64,000 nt of DNA from an uncultured Gammaproteobacteria bacterium (lineage in GTDB: Bacteria; Pseudomonadota; Gammaproteobacteria; CAWCPV01), in contig CAWCPV010000004.1 in the NCBI GenBank assembly GCA_963797555.1, forward strand, positions 512,001 to 576,000. Reading direction: 5' to 3'. Shown piece by piece: positions 30,201 through 41,737 of this stretch. The notes under the pieces were generated by a model, which was not told the origin of the DNA, searched no databases, and was given only the letters and a program-made list of their open reading frames with translations. Made by a program: the position numbers and the translations under genes. Every line of letters starts with the position of its first letter. The first letter of the stretch is position 1.

Positions 30201-30378
30201 GAGCCGCAAATCCATCGGGATCACGGTCTTCAGCGGCATGCTGGCGTCCACCTGCATCGCGGTGCTGTTCGCGCCGTCCTTCTTCGTCGTATGCCAGCGC
30301 ATCCATGAATGGCGCCAGCGGCACAAGAAAGGGACCGCGCCGGCTCGCAGTCCCGGCCTGCCGCCCAGCGCGGAATGA
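27205..30378 (+). CDS. RND efflux permease (AcrB/MexF family)
   Basis: MFSKFFIERP..GIVVDDAIVIVE..KNAILIVEFA..RFRPILMTS. Confidence 0.97.
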   Translation: MFSKFFIERPVLSNVLAIIIVLIGAVALYRLPVSQYPEITPPIVQVQTRYPGASAQIIADTVANPIEERVNGVEGMIYMQSTSAADGTYTLNVTFDVGTDLDFAQTLVQNRVAQALPQLPDAVQTQGVTTRKKSTAILQIITLSSPNGRYDSLFLANYATINLRDEIARLPGVGDVTIFGAGEYSMRVWLDPDQLAARKLTPADVVDAIRGQNQQVAAGQVGAPPAPPNQDFQITVDVPGRLVDQKEFGDIIVKTEQGPDTRITRVRDVARTELGAQTYSQFFRLDTKQAAGIAVFQLPGANALDVAQEVTSKMAELSKNFPQGLEYGVPFDTTLFVKASIHEVYITLAEAAILVLIVILAFVQDWRAMLVPATTVPVTIIGAFAAMAALGFTVNLLTLFAVVLAIGIVVDDAIVIVEGSSHHIQQGKAPKEAAIAAMSELFGPIIGITLVLMSVFLPAAFLPGITGEMYRQFALVIAATALISAINAITLKPTQCALWMRPARADTKKNFIYRGFNALYGALERGYTGLIGRMVHRSAAMTLIALTLAAIGVWGLVRLPTSFIPIEDQGYVLVSVTLPDGASLERTRSVVAQVEAAVMKVPGVEHAISIGGISILDNSATLANAGVTYVVLKPWDVRGTKEGLRPVLEHIQEAVSGISEAVAFVIVPPPIQGIGNSSGFQMQVELRDSSKDYVKLQRVTEAITADASTQSGILRVISTFSANVPQIMVEVDRIKARQLGVDVNDVFSTLQGYLGSTYVNQFNKFGRTFQVYVQADRQYRLDPADVGRFYVRNASGGMVPLGTLADVRYVPGPSLIGLYNLHPSAAVIGAPNLFFSSGQAISLLAQIADRKLPSGMGYEWTGMSYQEKLVGSQAYFIFAIALVLVFLVLAGQYENWLTPFAVILAVPLALLGTVGVLTAVHVANNIYIQIGIVLLIALSSKNAILIVEFARDLREKQGMTLAEAATEAARLRFRPILMTSFAFILGVLPLVLATGAGASSRKSIGITVFSGMLASTCIAVLFAPSFFVVCQRIHEWRQRHKKGTAPARSPGLPPSAE

Positions 30379-30810
30379 TGCGAGGCATGAGGGCACGAAT
30401 AACGCCTATTTGCGCCAGCCCGACCGCGGTCCGGCTTCGCCCCTGTCGTCGCTCCTCTGGCGGAGGACTCAGAGCTTGTGAAGAAATCGTCGCGAGCGGC
30501 CCGAGAGCACGGCGTACGGAGCGCAGCGACGAGACATATCAAGTAGATAGGCGAGGAGCGACCGAATGGCAGGATGGCCATTCGGCACGTCCGCAGGACG
30601 CCCAAAAGGGGTGGCGTACAGGGGGTACGCCATGAACACCGCGCAACGCGGCTATCGGGACGCGCAGTAGATTTATTCACAGGCTCTCAGATCCAGAACG
30701 TGAGCACCAGGGGCAGCACCAGCACCGCGAGCAGGGTCGAGGATTCACCTGGCACCCGCACGCGCACGACTCACCCGCCGGACCCCCGTGGTCGCGCCGA
30801 AAGTGGCGCG

Positions 30811-31038
30811 GTCAGGCGGTATCCAGCTTCTTCTGGAGTTCTTCTTGGCGGACTCGGTATTCGCCTTCCAAGGCTTCGATATGTGCGAGCACGTTTTCCA
30901 AGGCTTCCTGCTTCGAATCGTCTTGCGCCTCCTCCACCCACTGTGCGAACTCTTCGTGCAATGTAAAGAGAAGATCCGAAAGCTCCCTTGACTTCGTGAA
31001 GCTCTCGTTCCAACTGGGAAATGCTATCGCTTGACATG
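30811..31038 (-). pseudogene. Small coiled-coil protein, frameshifted
   Basis: MSSDSISQLERELHEVK / LSDLLFTLHEEFAQWVEEAQDD..LQKKLDTA. Confidence 0.35.
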
Positions 31039-31604
31039 CGAGATCCGTTCATATGCCGTTGTTTGTGAAAATCCCGGAATGCGACTTCGACACGCACTTG
31101 CCACAGCACGAATACTCTTGCCCCCGGCCGGCCGATGATAGCAGTAATCTGTGTGCATTCATACGGATCCGGCCAAGGCCGGAGAACCGACCCGGTACCG
31201 GCGAATGACCGAGCGGCATCGGTGCGTCGCCGCGAGTATGGCAAAGGACATGGGGCGATGGGAGGCGCAGGCAGATCGTTGTGCGACCCCGAGGCCGAGC
31301 GCCAGTCCGGGGCGGTGGGGTGGAGGACACATGACGCCAGTCGAGTCCACGGGCTGACTAGACCTGCCGTGCGGCGCTTGCTACGCTTGCGCTGAAAACA
31401 ATTCCAACGCCAATCGACCGTCTTCAGGATGAACGACGCGGCTAAAAGAATCCACGGGTTTGGTGGTCGGCCGGAATCGAGCCGAAATGGGAACCCGATG
31501 GACCGGGGCCGCTGCCCATCGGCGCTGGCCCCCGCCGGACCGGGTGGCCGGTGCATGCGCGTTCCGGCTCCGGGCGCGCCAGCTTCGCGCTACGTGCGGT
31601 GAGG

Positions 31605-34533
31605 ATGGCTGCCTGCGCGCATTCCGGTCGGGAGGCTGGATACCCTAAATGCTCCATTTTCCGCTTCAGACTTCGGGTCTTTCTGTCCTCGCCGGGTGAC
31701 GTCGCTGACGAGCGCTCGCTGGCGCGCAGGCGGCTGCAGTACCTGAACAAGGACCCGTCGCTTCGGGGACGCGTGGCTCTGGAAGAGGTGTCCTGGGACG
31801 ACCCGGCCGCTCCGGTACCCTTGGCCGCACACCTCACCCCCCAGGAGGCCATCAACCAGCAGCGACCGAAGCCTTCCGACTGCGACATCGTGGTGGTGAT
31901 CCTGTGGTCCAGAATGGGAACGCCGCTGCCGGCCAGCGACCGAAAACCGGACGGCAGCCCTTACGCGTCGGGCACGGAGTGGGAATTCCTCGACGCGATC
32001 CATGCGGCGGAACAGGGCAGCCGGCCCACGGTGCTCGTATACCGGCGCACCGAGGTGCCGAACGTGAGCCTCGACGATCCCCAACGAGACGAGAAGGTAC
32101 GTCAGTACGAGGCCGTGAACGCATTCTTCGCCTCCTTCCGTCACCCCGACGGCTCGATTCGCTGGAGCCACGAGACCTACGAGCACCCCAGCGAATTCGC
32201 GGAGCGGCTGGAGCGGGAGCTGCGCGAGCTGGTGGTGTCCCTGCTCCCGAAGCAGCCCGAGCCGCAGTCCTCCGGCCAGGACGACCGGCAGCCGACCTCG
32301 GCCGCTGAGCGCGAGGTGATCTGGCAGGGCAACCCGTACCGCGGGCTGGAGCCCTTCCGACTGGAGCACAGCCCCGTGTTCTTCGGCCGCGGCCCCGAGA
32401 CCGATGCGTTGCTCCAAACAATCGGCGCGAAAGGGGCTCGCTTCGTCGCCGTGGTCGGCCCCTCCGGCTCGGGGAAGTCCTCCCTGGTCTCGGCCGGGCT
32501 CCTGCCGCGGCTCGAAGGCGGCGCGCTGGCGGGAAGCCGGGAGTGGGTCCACGTGCGGTGCACGCCCGCCGAGGCCGGCGGAAACCCGTTCCAGGCGCTG
32601 GTGCAGCGCCTCGCGCCGCGCATGGGGGAGCGACCGCAGGAGCCTGGCAAAGACCCGCTCGAGCGGCTGGCGTCCGAGCCGACAGCCATCGCAGAGGTCG
32701 CGGATCGGGTGCTCGCCAAGCGGCCGGCTTCGGCGGAGCTGCTGCTGTTCGTCGATCAGTTCGAGGAGCTGTTCGCGCGGGTGCCGGAGCCGTACCGCGG
32801 ACCCTTCGTGGCGCTGGTCGACGCCGCCGCGGCATCGGATCGGATACGTGTGGTGCTCACGCTGCGCGCCGATTACTACGAGCACTGTACCCGGTTCGAG
32901 CGGTTGGCCGAACGGCTGCGGACCGGGAGCTTCCCCTTGGCGACTCCCGGCGAGCGCGCACTCGCCGCCATGGTCGAACGCCCGGCCCGCGCGGCCGGCC
33001 TCGAGCTGGAGCTGGGGTTGGTGGAGCGCATCCTGAAGGACACCGGTACCGAGCCCGGGGTTCTCGCCCTCATGGAGTTCACCCTCGAACGGCTCTACGA
33101 CGCGGGCGATGACCACCGCCTCACATTGCGTGCCTACGACGCCATCGAGGGCGTCGCCGGGGCCGTGGAGATTCAGGGCGAGCGGGCCGTTCACGACGAA
33201 CAGGGCCAGGTGAACGAGACCGCCCTCGGGCGCGTATTCCGAGCGCTGGCGGAGGTGGACGAGGCGGGCGGCGCGGTCCGCAAGCGCGCCCCGCTCGCGG
33301 CGTTCTCTCCGGTCGAAGGTGCGCTCGTCGAGCGTCTGGTCAAGGCGCGGCTGCTGGTGACGGATACCGACGACAACGGACGAGCGTTCGTCGAGGTGGC
33401 GCACGAGGCGGTCCTGCGGCACTGGCGCAGGTTTCGCGAGTGGCTGAAGGAGAACCGCGGCTTCGAGCTCTGGCGCAAGAAGCTCGAGGTCTGGCGGGAC
33501 AGCGGGACGCCGCTCAGGGACCCGCCTCTCGCAGAAGCCAAGGGGTGGCTCGAACAGCGCAAGGACGACCTGGAGCCGGCCGAGCGGGATTACATCCGGA
33601 AAAGCTCCGACGCCGCCCGGCGCCGATCCCGGGTGCTCCGGTCGGCAGCAGTGGCGATCGTGGTCCTGCTGTCCGCCTTGAGTGTCTGGCAGTATTTCAA
33701 GCTGGAGGCGGAGCGCGAGCGCCGCCGCCCCATCCTTCGGGAAGACGCGTGGGTTCCCATCCAGCCCGGCGAGTTCCAGATGGGCTCTGCAGCGGATGAC
33801 GACGAAGCCGCTACAGACGAGCGACCGCGGCGTCGCGGCCAGGATCGCGAAGCCCTTCAAGCTCTCACGCTACGAGGTCACTTTCGAGGAGTACGACCGA
33901 TTCGCCTATGCCACCGGACGGCGGCCCCCGAGCGACAGCGGGTTCGGCGCGCAGCTCAACGAAGACCAGCGCAAGCGCATGCCCGTGATCAACGTCTCGT
34001 GGAAGGACGCACGGGCCTACGCCGAATGGCTGTCGAAGGAGACCGGCCGGCGGTACCGGCTGCCCACCGAGGCGGAGTGGGAATATGCGGCTCGAGCGGG
34101 TACCACCGGAAGCCGGTTCTGGGGCGACGACCTTTCCGAAGCTTGCAAGTATGCGAACGTCTTCGACAGCCGCAACGCCGCGTATTTGAAGAGCAAGTAT
34201 CCGTCGATCACCTGGGAAAACTTTCCGTGCGGAGATGCCTACCCGGAGACGGCCCCGGTGGGCTCCTTCCACCCCAATCGCTGGGGCCTTGACGACATGC
34301 TGGGCAACGTCTGGGAGTGGGTCGAGGACTGCTATCACGACAGCTACGAAGGCGCGCCAGACGACGGCTCCGCATGGCGGGAGGCGAACGGCGGCAACTG
34401 CGGCCGGCGTGTGGTCCGCGGTGGTTCCTGGTACAACGGACCGAGGAACCTCCGCTCGGCGGGCCGCATCAGGGCCGACGCCGTTGACCGGGACGACAAT
34501 CTCGGTTTTCGTCTCGCCCAGGACCTGCAGTAG
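31605..34533 (+). CDS. DUF4062-like + nSTAND1 NTPase + TM + FGE-sulfatase/CLec; start uncertain, frameshift near 33835
   Basis: LRVFLSSPGDV; NPYRGLEPF..FFGR..GPSGSGKSS..VDQFEELF; VEVAHEA; TM helix; RLPTEAEWEYAAR..GNVWEW..RGGSW..GFRLA. Confidence 0.85.
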
Positions 34534-34736
34534 TGCCCCTCTGCTCTTTGCGCTTTTACCCTTTGCCGCGGGCCGCGAGGCACGCGGTCGGCGCGTGAGA
34601 ACGACCGTCGGTACGGCCGCTTTACCGCCAAGAGCAGCCCGAGCCGTCCTGCCTGCCGATTTTCATGGCCTTCCATGCGCGGCTTCTGCGGAAAATGGCA
34701 CTAAACTGAGATAGTATGGGGTTCGGAGGTGCCGTG

Positions 34737-36062
34737 ATGCTTATAGAGTTCCGCGTCGAGAATCACCGTTCCATCCGGGACGAGCAGGCGCTCACCATGG
34801 AAGCGGGGCGAGTCGGTGACGAGATGGATCCCCGGCCGCGAAGCGTCAAAGGGCAGCCGGTGCGCCTGCTCCCGGTCGCCGCGCTGTACGGAGCCAACGC
34901 GAGCGGCAAGAGCAATCTACTCGGGGCACTCAGCTTCATGCGGGATGCGGTCATACAGTCCCACCGCGCTTGGCCACCTGAGGGCGGCGTTCCGCGGGAG
35001 CCGTTCGCCTGGGGCGCCAAGGCGACTGAGCCGTCGCTCTTCGAGGTAACGGTCTTGGTGGACGGCGTACGTTACCAGTACGGATTCGTCGTGGACGACC
35101 AGCGCTTCCTCGAGGAGTGGCTTTACGCGTGGCCCATCGGGCGCAAACAAACTTGGTTCGAACGAGAGAGCGACGACTTCACATTTGGCGAACACCTACT
35201 CGGTGAGAACCGCCTGGTCAAGCAGATTACGCGCTCCAATGCGCTTTTCCTGTCTGCCGCAGTGCAACACCGGCACGAGCAACTCGCCCCACTCTACCGG
35301 TGGTTCCGGACGCTGCATACGGTGAATATTGGCAGAAGGCGTCGCCTAATGCCGGGCATGCCGCCGGACCGCTGGGTCTGGCGAAGTCTCGATGCATCGC
35401 TCGGTTACGGCCCCCAACAGGTTGCTTTGTTCGATGAAGCAGATCCGGACGATCAACGCACCGAACCCCTGCGGGAATCCTTCCGCGAGCTTCTCCGCGC
35501 TGCCGACATTGGGATCGTGGACGTGAAGCTTGAAGAGGACCACGGGGAGACCCGTCGCGCAAGCGGTCTGAGGGGGGATTCTCGGGTCCGGCTGCTGTTG
35601 CGCCACCAGAGCAGCGAAGACGACGCTTGGCTTCCACTCGAGGAAGAGTCGCAAGGAACTCTCCGCCTGTTTCGGATCGGGCCGGTTCTGTTGGATACCC
35701 TCCGTAGTGGAGGTATGCTCCTTATCGATGAACTCGAAGCTAGTCTCCATCCCTTGCTCGCCCTTGAGATCGTTCGTCAGTTCAACGACCCTGCCAGGAA
35801 TCCGCGCAACGCACAGCTTGTCTTTACAACCCACGACACCAACTTACTCGGGACGGTAACTGGCAGTCCGCCGCTGCGGCGCGACCAGATTTGGCTCACC
35901 GAAAAGGACCACGAAGGGGCCACCTGCCTGTACCCTTTGACGGATTACAAACCCCGCAAGGCCGAGAACTTAGAACGCGGTTACCTTCAGGGTCGCTACG
36001 GTGCGATCCCCTTCTTAGGAGATTTGGCGAAGATCGGGGGATTACCGGCTAGTGGCGAGTAA
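34737..36062 (+). CDS. RloA/AbiLi-like ATPase (AAA_21)
   Basis: MLIEFRVENHRSI..YGANASGKSN..ESQGT..LIDELEASLHP..QLVFTTHD..YLQGRYGAIP. Confidence 0.9.
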   Translation: MLIEFRVENHRSIRDEQALTMEAGRVGDEMDPRPRSVKGQPVRLLPVAALYGANASGKSNLLGALSFMRDAVIQSHRAWPPEGGVPREPFAWGAKATEPSLFEVTVLVDGVRYQYGFVVDDQRFLEEWLYAWPIGRKQTWFERESDDFTFGEHLLGENRLVKQITRSNALFLSAAVQHRHEQLAPLYRWFRTLHTVNIGRRRRLMPGMPPDRWVWRSLDASLGYGPQQVALFDEADPDDQRTEPLRESFRELLRAADIGIVDVKLEEDHGETRRASGLRGDSRVRLLLRHQSSEDDAWLPLEEESQGTLRLFRIGPVLLDTLRSGGMLLIDELEASLHPLLALEIVRQFNDPARNPRNAQLVFTTHDTNLLGTVTGSPPLRRDQIWLTEKDHEGATCLYPLTDYKPRKAENLERGYLQGRYGAIPFLGDLAKIGGLPASGE

Positions 36063-36689
36063 GCGCCGCAACCGCCCCCGGCGCCGGGCGCGTGCCGCAG
36101 CGCGCAAGCATCCGAACCGCCGCCTGCTGATCGTGTGCGAGGGCAAGGTCACCGAGCCGACCTATTTCCGCGGCTTCGAGCGATGGATGCGGAACACCAC
36201 GGTCGAGATTGAAATCCCCGATGAGCAAGGCGTGCCGCTGACTCTCGTACGCCAAGCCGAGGAGCGGAAGCTGCGGGCGGAGAGCGACGCACAGCGCACT
36301 GGCGACGCTTTTCTCGCCTATGACGAGATCTGGTGCGTGTTCGACGTCGACGAACACCCGAACCTGAACGATGCCTCCCAACTTGCAGCCGCCAGGCACA
36401 TCGAGCTGGCAGTCTCCAACCCCTGTTTCGAGCTGTGGCTACCGCTGCACTTCCGAGAGAGTCCGGGCGCCCTGCACCGCCGCGACCTGCAGCGGATGCT
36501 CGGCAATTCGTTGCTGGGTGCGACAAGCACCTCGAGTTCGATTCGTTCGTGCCCGGCATCCAGGATGCTACGGAAAGAGCCCGGAGGCTGGACGACGAGG
36601 CCAATAATGAAGGCGAGCCCGGCCGCAATCCTACCACTGGCGTTTTCCGGTTGACCGAATCCATCGCATGCAGGGACGACGAGGCATAA
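36052..36689 (+). CDS. RloB/AbiLii-like protein, frameshift near 36510
   Basis: LLIVCEGKVTEPTYF..WCVFDVD..SNPCFELW; C-terminal NPTTGVFRL in another frame. Confidence 0.85.
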
Positions 36690-37059
36690 ACGCCTTCGCG
36701 CCGCTGGCCATTCGGCTGCAGACCGGTGTCGGACCGATTGCGTCTCCGCGTAAAGTTGTCTGCCTTTGGGCCGGTGATGCGTCCTAGCCACCAGGGTCCA
36801 ATGTCTCATGTACTGCCTGCGCCGCTCGCGCTCCTGGACCGGCGGCAACCCCGGCGCCTTCTTATGCCGGTTCGGCCCGCCTCGGGCGCTCAAAACCCGC
36901 CCGCGGGCCTGTCCGACTGCGCCCAGTCCCCCGAACCTCCCCCGACGTTGACCGGTCGGCACGCACGGACTACGCTTCCTCTACGCCAGAGGCGGTTGGG
37001 TATCCTGTCCTCTGCTAGAACGAAGACCCTTGAAGGGATTTGAAGGGAGGAAGGAAGAA

Positions 37060-39574
37060 ATGACCGCGAGGAGACTGGGCCTTCCGGTAGTCGTCTTTGG
37101 GTTGGGGGCAATCATCTTTGCGTGCAGCACGCTCGTTCGCCACGGACCGACCTGCGGCAGCGGCGCGGGACTGGTGAAAGACGAGGCCCTGTGCGTCGGG
37201 CGGAAAGCGGAAAGCTTTCCGGCTGCGGACGAGGATTACTTCCGGGACATGGACTACGGGGTGACCCAGCGTCCGGAGCAGGTCGCCGCCGCGCTCGATC
37301 CCAACCTTCCGGGGATCTCACCGCACGACGCGGTGAGTGCGGTCGTCAAGGGGCGCAACAACTGGATCGTCTGGACCGGGGGTGACGACCGTCTGTGGGA
37401 CGTTCCTGACGACCAAGACCGTCGGCAATCTGGACTTCCTGAAGACGCTCTCGAACCACCCCAGTCTCAATTACAGCCGCGACAACCGCTGGCGTTATCT
37501 CGGCCTGGTCAACGAGCCGTGCTTCCGCAAGGCGACGGGACCGCGAAAGGATCGCTACGGTCTCTGGCTCGACGAGCGTGCGGAAGGCTGTGCGCCGGAC
37601 CCGTTCGAGAACGAGCAAAAGTATCCGGGGGTGGGGATCGGCGCCCGGGGCAAGAACATCCCCGTCGGCTCCTATTACGGCTATGCGAGCGGAATCGTGG
37701 GGCTGCGGCTGTTCCCCAACCCCGACTTCGACGAGGCGGCCGAAAAACGCTGGGACCCCGTGCGTTACTACGAGGATCCGAGCTATTACAACGACAAGAG
37801 CCTGGTTCGTCCCTACCGGGTGGGCATGTCCTGCGCCTTCTGCCACGTCGGACCGAATCCGGCCAACCCGCCCAAGGACCCTGAGAACCCCAAGTGGGAG
37901 AACCTCAATTCCAACGTCGGCGCCCAGTATTTCTGGGTGGACCGGATCTTTGTGTGGAACGTCGACGAGTCGAGCTTCCCCTATCAGCTCTTCCACACCT
38001 CCCGCCCGGGCGCCCTGGACACGTCATTCGTCTCCACCGACTACATGAACAACCCGCGGACGATGAACGCGGTTTACGCGCTCGGAGCCCGCATGGCCAT
38101 CGCCAGACGGCTGGGCAAGGAGCGTCTGGCGGGCGGTGAGCTGAACAATGAGCAGCTCAACCCGTACGTCCCCGCGGGCAGCCCGCTCGCCAAGTTCTAC
38201 GAGGCGCCGGATGCGGTCTGGACGCCGCGGGTCCTAAAGGACGGCTCGGATTCCGTCGGGGCGCTCGGGGCGCTGAACCGGGTCTTCGTGAATATCGGCC
38301 TGTTCAGCGAAGAATGGCTGGAGCACTTCATCCCGCTGGTCGGGGGTACCGGTTTTACGCCATTTCCGATCGCCACCGCCGACAAGAACTCGAGCTTCTG
38401 GAGGGCCACCGAGGCGCAGACCCCCGACGTTGCGCTGTTCTTCCTCGCGACCGGTCAGCCGGATTACCTCAGCAACGCGCCTGGCGGACAAGCATACCTG
38501 ACGGCCGACCGCAGAACACTGACCCGCGGAAAGGTGGTCTTCGCGGAGCGCTGCGCCCGCTGCCATTCGAGCAAGCTGCCCGAAAAGGCGTTCCGCTTCT
38601 TCCCGGACGACGGCTGCGTGGGACCCGGCTATCTCAAGTGCTGGAGCGACTACTGGACGTGGACCAAGAGCGCGGACTTCAAGCGCGAGATGCGGAGAAT
38701 CGTGCTCGCGGACGACTTCCTGCACGACAACTTCCTGTCCACCGACCTGCGCGTGCCGGTCACCCTGCTGGAGACGAACGCCTGCTCCTCGCTGGCGACC
38801 AATGCGTTGGCCGGGGACATCTGGGACAACTTCTCCTCCCAGTCCTACAAGGCGCTGCCCTCCGTCGGCAAGATCATGGTGCATCACCCGATCACCGGGG
38901 AGCCGCGCGAATACACCATGCCGGCGGGCGGCCGGGGCTACATCCGTCCCCCATCCCTTATCAGCGTGTGGTCGACCGCGCCGTTTCTCCTCAACAACAG
39001 CCTGGGCGACTTCTACTGGTCGGGGTCGGTCGCGGACCGGATGAAGTCCTTCGACAGCGGCATCGAGCAGCTCCTGTGGCCGGAGCGACGCAAAGGCAGC
39101 CGGCGGTACATGACGGCCTCGGGCAAGACCGTTCCCGGCATCGTCGACGTGACGACCGCAACCAGTTACCTGCGGGTGCCCACCGGCTATCTTCCCGATT
39201 TCCTGCAACCCCTCGTGGGTCCGTTGAGTACCGTCAAGCCCTGGCTGTTCGGACAGGAAGGCATCGAGATCGGCCCGATACCGAAGGGCACGCCGATCAA
39301 TCTCCTGTCCAACATCGATCTGGAGCGCAAGCCCGAAGTCATCGACGTGCTTCTCAAGGCCAAGAGAGAGCTCAAGGCGCTGCCGCGGGACGCCACTGAC
39401 GCGCAGGCGCGCCAGGCCTTCGCCGACCTGGTCGATCCGCTCGTCGCCGTCAGCAAGTGCCCGGACTATGTCGTGAATCGGGGCCACTACTTCGGCACCG
39501 ATTACTTCAAGGAGGAGCCCGGCCTCGGCGACGCGGACAAGCGGGCCTTGATCGAGTTTCTGAAGACGATGTAG
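37060..39574 (+). CDS. Exported dihaem cytochrome c (RoxA-like), frameshift near 37405
   Basis: Signal/lipobox IIFAC; CAFCH and CARCH; PPSLISVWSTAPFLLNNS; NRGHYFG. Confidence 0.75.
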
Positions 39575-39645
39575 GCGGCTTCCGGCAGCGGAGCACTCGA
39601 TGCCGACGCCTGCCGATTGACTGCACCCGTCCCGTCTTCCGGGCC

Positions 39646-41646
39646 ATGCGCAAGACAACCCTTTCCGCCGACCGTGGAGTGTCCCGACGCCGCTTCCTCG
39701 AAGTCTGCGCCGCGTGCGCCTCGGGGGCGGCCGCGCTGCTCGGCGGATGTGCGCGGCTCCTGACGCCCGACTGGGCTTCGCGGCCGTTCCCCACGTTGAC
39801 CTGCTCCCCTGCCGGGGGTGGGGAGGAATTCGACTACATCGTCGTCGGATCCGGCGCCGGCGGGGGTCCGCTGGCCGCCCGGCTGGCGCTGGCCGGTTTC
39901 CGTGTGCTCCTCCTGGAGGCGGGCGGCGAGGACGAGCCGTACAACTATCAGGTGCCCGCCTTCCATCCCAGGGCCTCGGAAGACAAGCGCCTGGCGTGGA
40001 GCTTCTTCGTGCGCCACTACGCATCCGATGCCCAGCAGGCGCGGGACGAAAAGTTCGTTCCGCAAGAGAACGGAGTGCTCTATCCGCGCGCGGCCACGGT
40101 GGGGGGATGCACGGCGCACAATGCCATGATCATCATCTATCCCCACAACAGCGATTGGGACTACATCGCCGAGATAACCGGGGACGCCTCCTGGAGCGCG
40201 GACAACATGCGGCCGTATTTCGAGCGCCTCGAGCGTTGCGAGTACGTGGCCAGCAGCGACACGGAGAGCCGTCACGGCTTCAAGGGGTGGCTGGCGACCA
40301 ACGTGGCAGATCCGTACCTCATGGTCCGCGACAAGTTCCTGCTGACGCTGGTGGGGGCGGCGCTGAAGGAATCGTTCGTCACCCTGGGCCGACCGGTCAC
40401 CCAGGTGTGGATGAAGCTGCGCAGCCACTTCGACCCCAACGATTGGCGGCTCGTCGAGGAAAGCGCCGAGGGCGTCTGCCTGACGCCCCTGTCCACCGAC
40501 GGGGGCAAGCGCACGGGGAGCCGGGAATTCCTCCGCCATGCTCGGCAGGCGTGCCCCGATAGCCTGGTAATCCGGACCCATGCCCTCGCCACCCGGGTCC
40601 TGCTGGACGACGACAACCGTGCGAAGGGGGTGGAGTACCTCGCAGGCGCCCATCTGTACGCGGCCGACCCCAGCTTCACGCAAGGCGCATCCGCCGGGAC
40701 CGAGACCGCAGCGGCGCGGCGGGAGGTTATCCTGTGCGGCGGGGCATTCAATACCCCGCAACTATTGAAGCTCTCCGGAATAGGACCCAGGGCCGAGCTG
40801 ACGGCCCAGGGCATCGTGCCGCGCGTCGACCTGCCCGGCGTCGGGGAGAATCTCCAGGACCGTTACGAGGTGTCCGTCGTCACCAAGATGAAGGGCAAGT
40901 TCTCCTCCATCGAGGGCATGACGTTTCGAGCCCCGGAAGCCGGGGAGGAGCCCGACCCGCAGTTTCGCGAGTGGCTCCAAGGCAAGGGTCCCTATACGAC
41001 GAACGGAGCGGTCGTGTCCCTGATCAAGCGCTCCTTCCCGGACCGCCCGGAGCCGGACCTCTTCATCTTCGGGCTGACCGGGTTCTTCAAGGGCTACTAT
41101 CCGGGCTACTCGGAAGCGATCGCGAGGGGTCAGGACTACTTTACGTGGGCGGTGCTCAAGGCCCACACCAACAACAGGGCGGGACGGGTCACCTTGCGCT
41201 CCAATGACCCGCGGCAGGTGCCGGACATCGACTTCCACTATTTCGATGAAGGCATGGACCCCTCGGAGGACCTGGACTCCGTCGTCGCCGGGGTGCAGAC
41301 GGTGCGCCGTATCACCGAGCGCTGCCGGGAGGTCATCGAGGAGGAGATCCTGCCCGGGCCGAGCGTCGAGACCCCCGAAGCGATCCGCAAGTTCGTCCGA
41401 GACAACGCCTGGGGCCACCATGCGTCTTGCACTTGCAAGATGGGGCCGGCCACGGACCCTCTGGCGGTCGTGGACAGCCGCTTTCGCGTGTATGGGACAC
41501 GGAACCTGCGGGTGGTGGATGCCTCGGTCTTCCCCAAGATTCCCGGATTCTTCATCGTGTCTGCGGTGTACATGATCAGCGAGAAGGCCAGCGACGTGAT
41601 CATCGAGGACGCAAGGGCGCGCTCCGGCGCCCAAGCGCACACGTGA
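39646..41646 (+). CDS. Tat-exported GMC oxidoreductase (lipoprotein)
   Basis: SRRRFL Tat motif, LLGGC; DYIVVGSGAGG; GVGENLQD; HHASCTCKMG..LRVVDAS. Confidence 0.9.
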   Translation: MRKTTLSADRGVSRRRFLEVCAACASGAAALLGGCARLLTPDWASRPFPTLTCSPAGGGEEFDYIVVGSGAGGGPLAARLALAGFRVLLLEAGGEDEPYNYQVPAFHPRASEDKRLAWSFFVRHYASDAQQARDEKFVPQENGVLYPRAATVGGCTAHNAMIIIYPHNSDWDYIAEITGDASWSADNMRPYFERLERCEYVASSDTESRHGFKGWLATNVADPYLMVRDKFLLTLVGAALKESFVTLGRPVTQVWMKLRSHFDPNDWRLVEESAEGVCLTPLSTDGGKRTGSREFLRHARQACPDSLVIRTHALATRVLLDDDNRAKGVEYLAGAHLYAADPSFTQGASAGTETAAARREVILCGGAFNTPQLLKLSGIGPRAELTAQGIVPRVDLPGVGENLQDRYEVSVVTKMKGKFSSIEGMTFRAPEAGEEPDPQFREWLQGKGPYTTNGAVVSLIKRSFPDRPEPDLFIFGLTGFFKGYYPGYSEAIARGQDYFTWAVLKAHTNNRAGRVTLRSNDPRQVPDIDFHYFDEGMDPSEDLDSVVAGVQTVRRITERCREVIEEEILPGPSVETPEAIRKFVRDNAWGHHASCTCKMGPATDPLAVVDSRFRVYGTRNLRVVDASVFPKIPGFFIVSAVYMISEKASDVIIEDARARSGAQAHT

Positions 41647-41737
41647 CTGGGCGCCAGTCGAAAACCCGGCCGTTTCTCCGAGGCGAGACACGGAGAGACG
41701 GCACCAGTCGGCCCCAACGGCCGCGGAGGCGTAAGCC

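Noticed and set aside
34405-34530. Second VR of the TR at 8444-8579
   Set aside because: Many mismatches at non-adenine TR positions.
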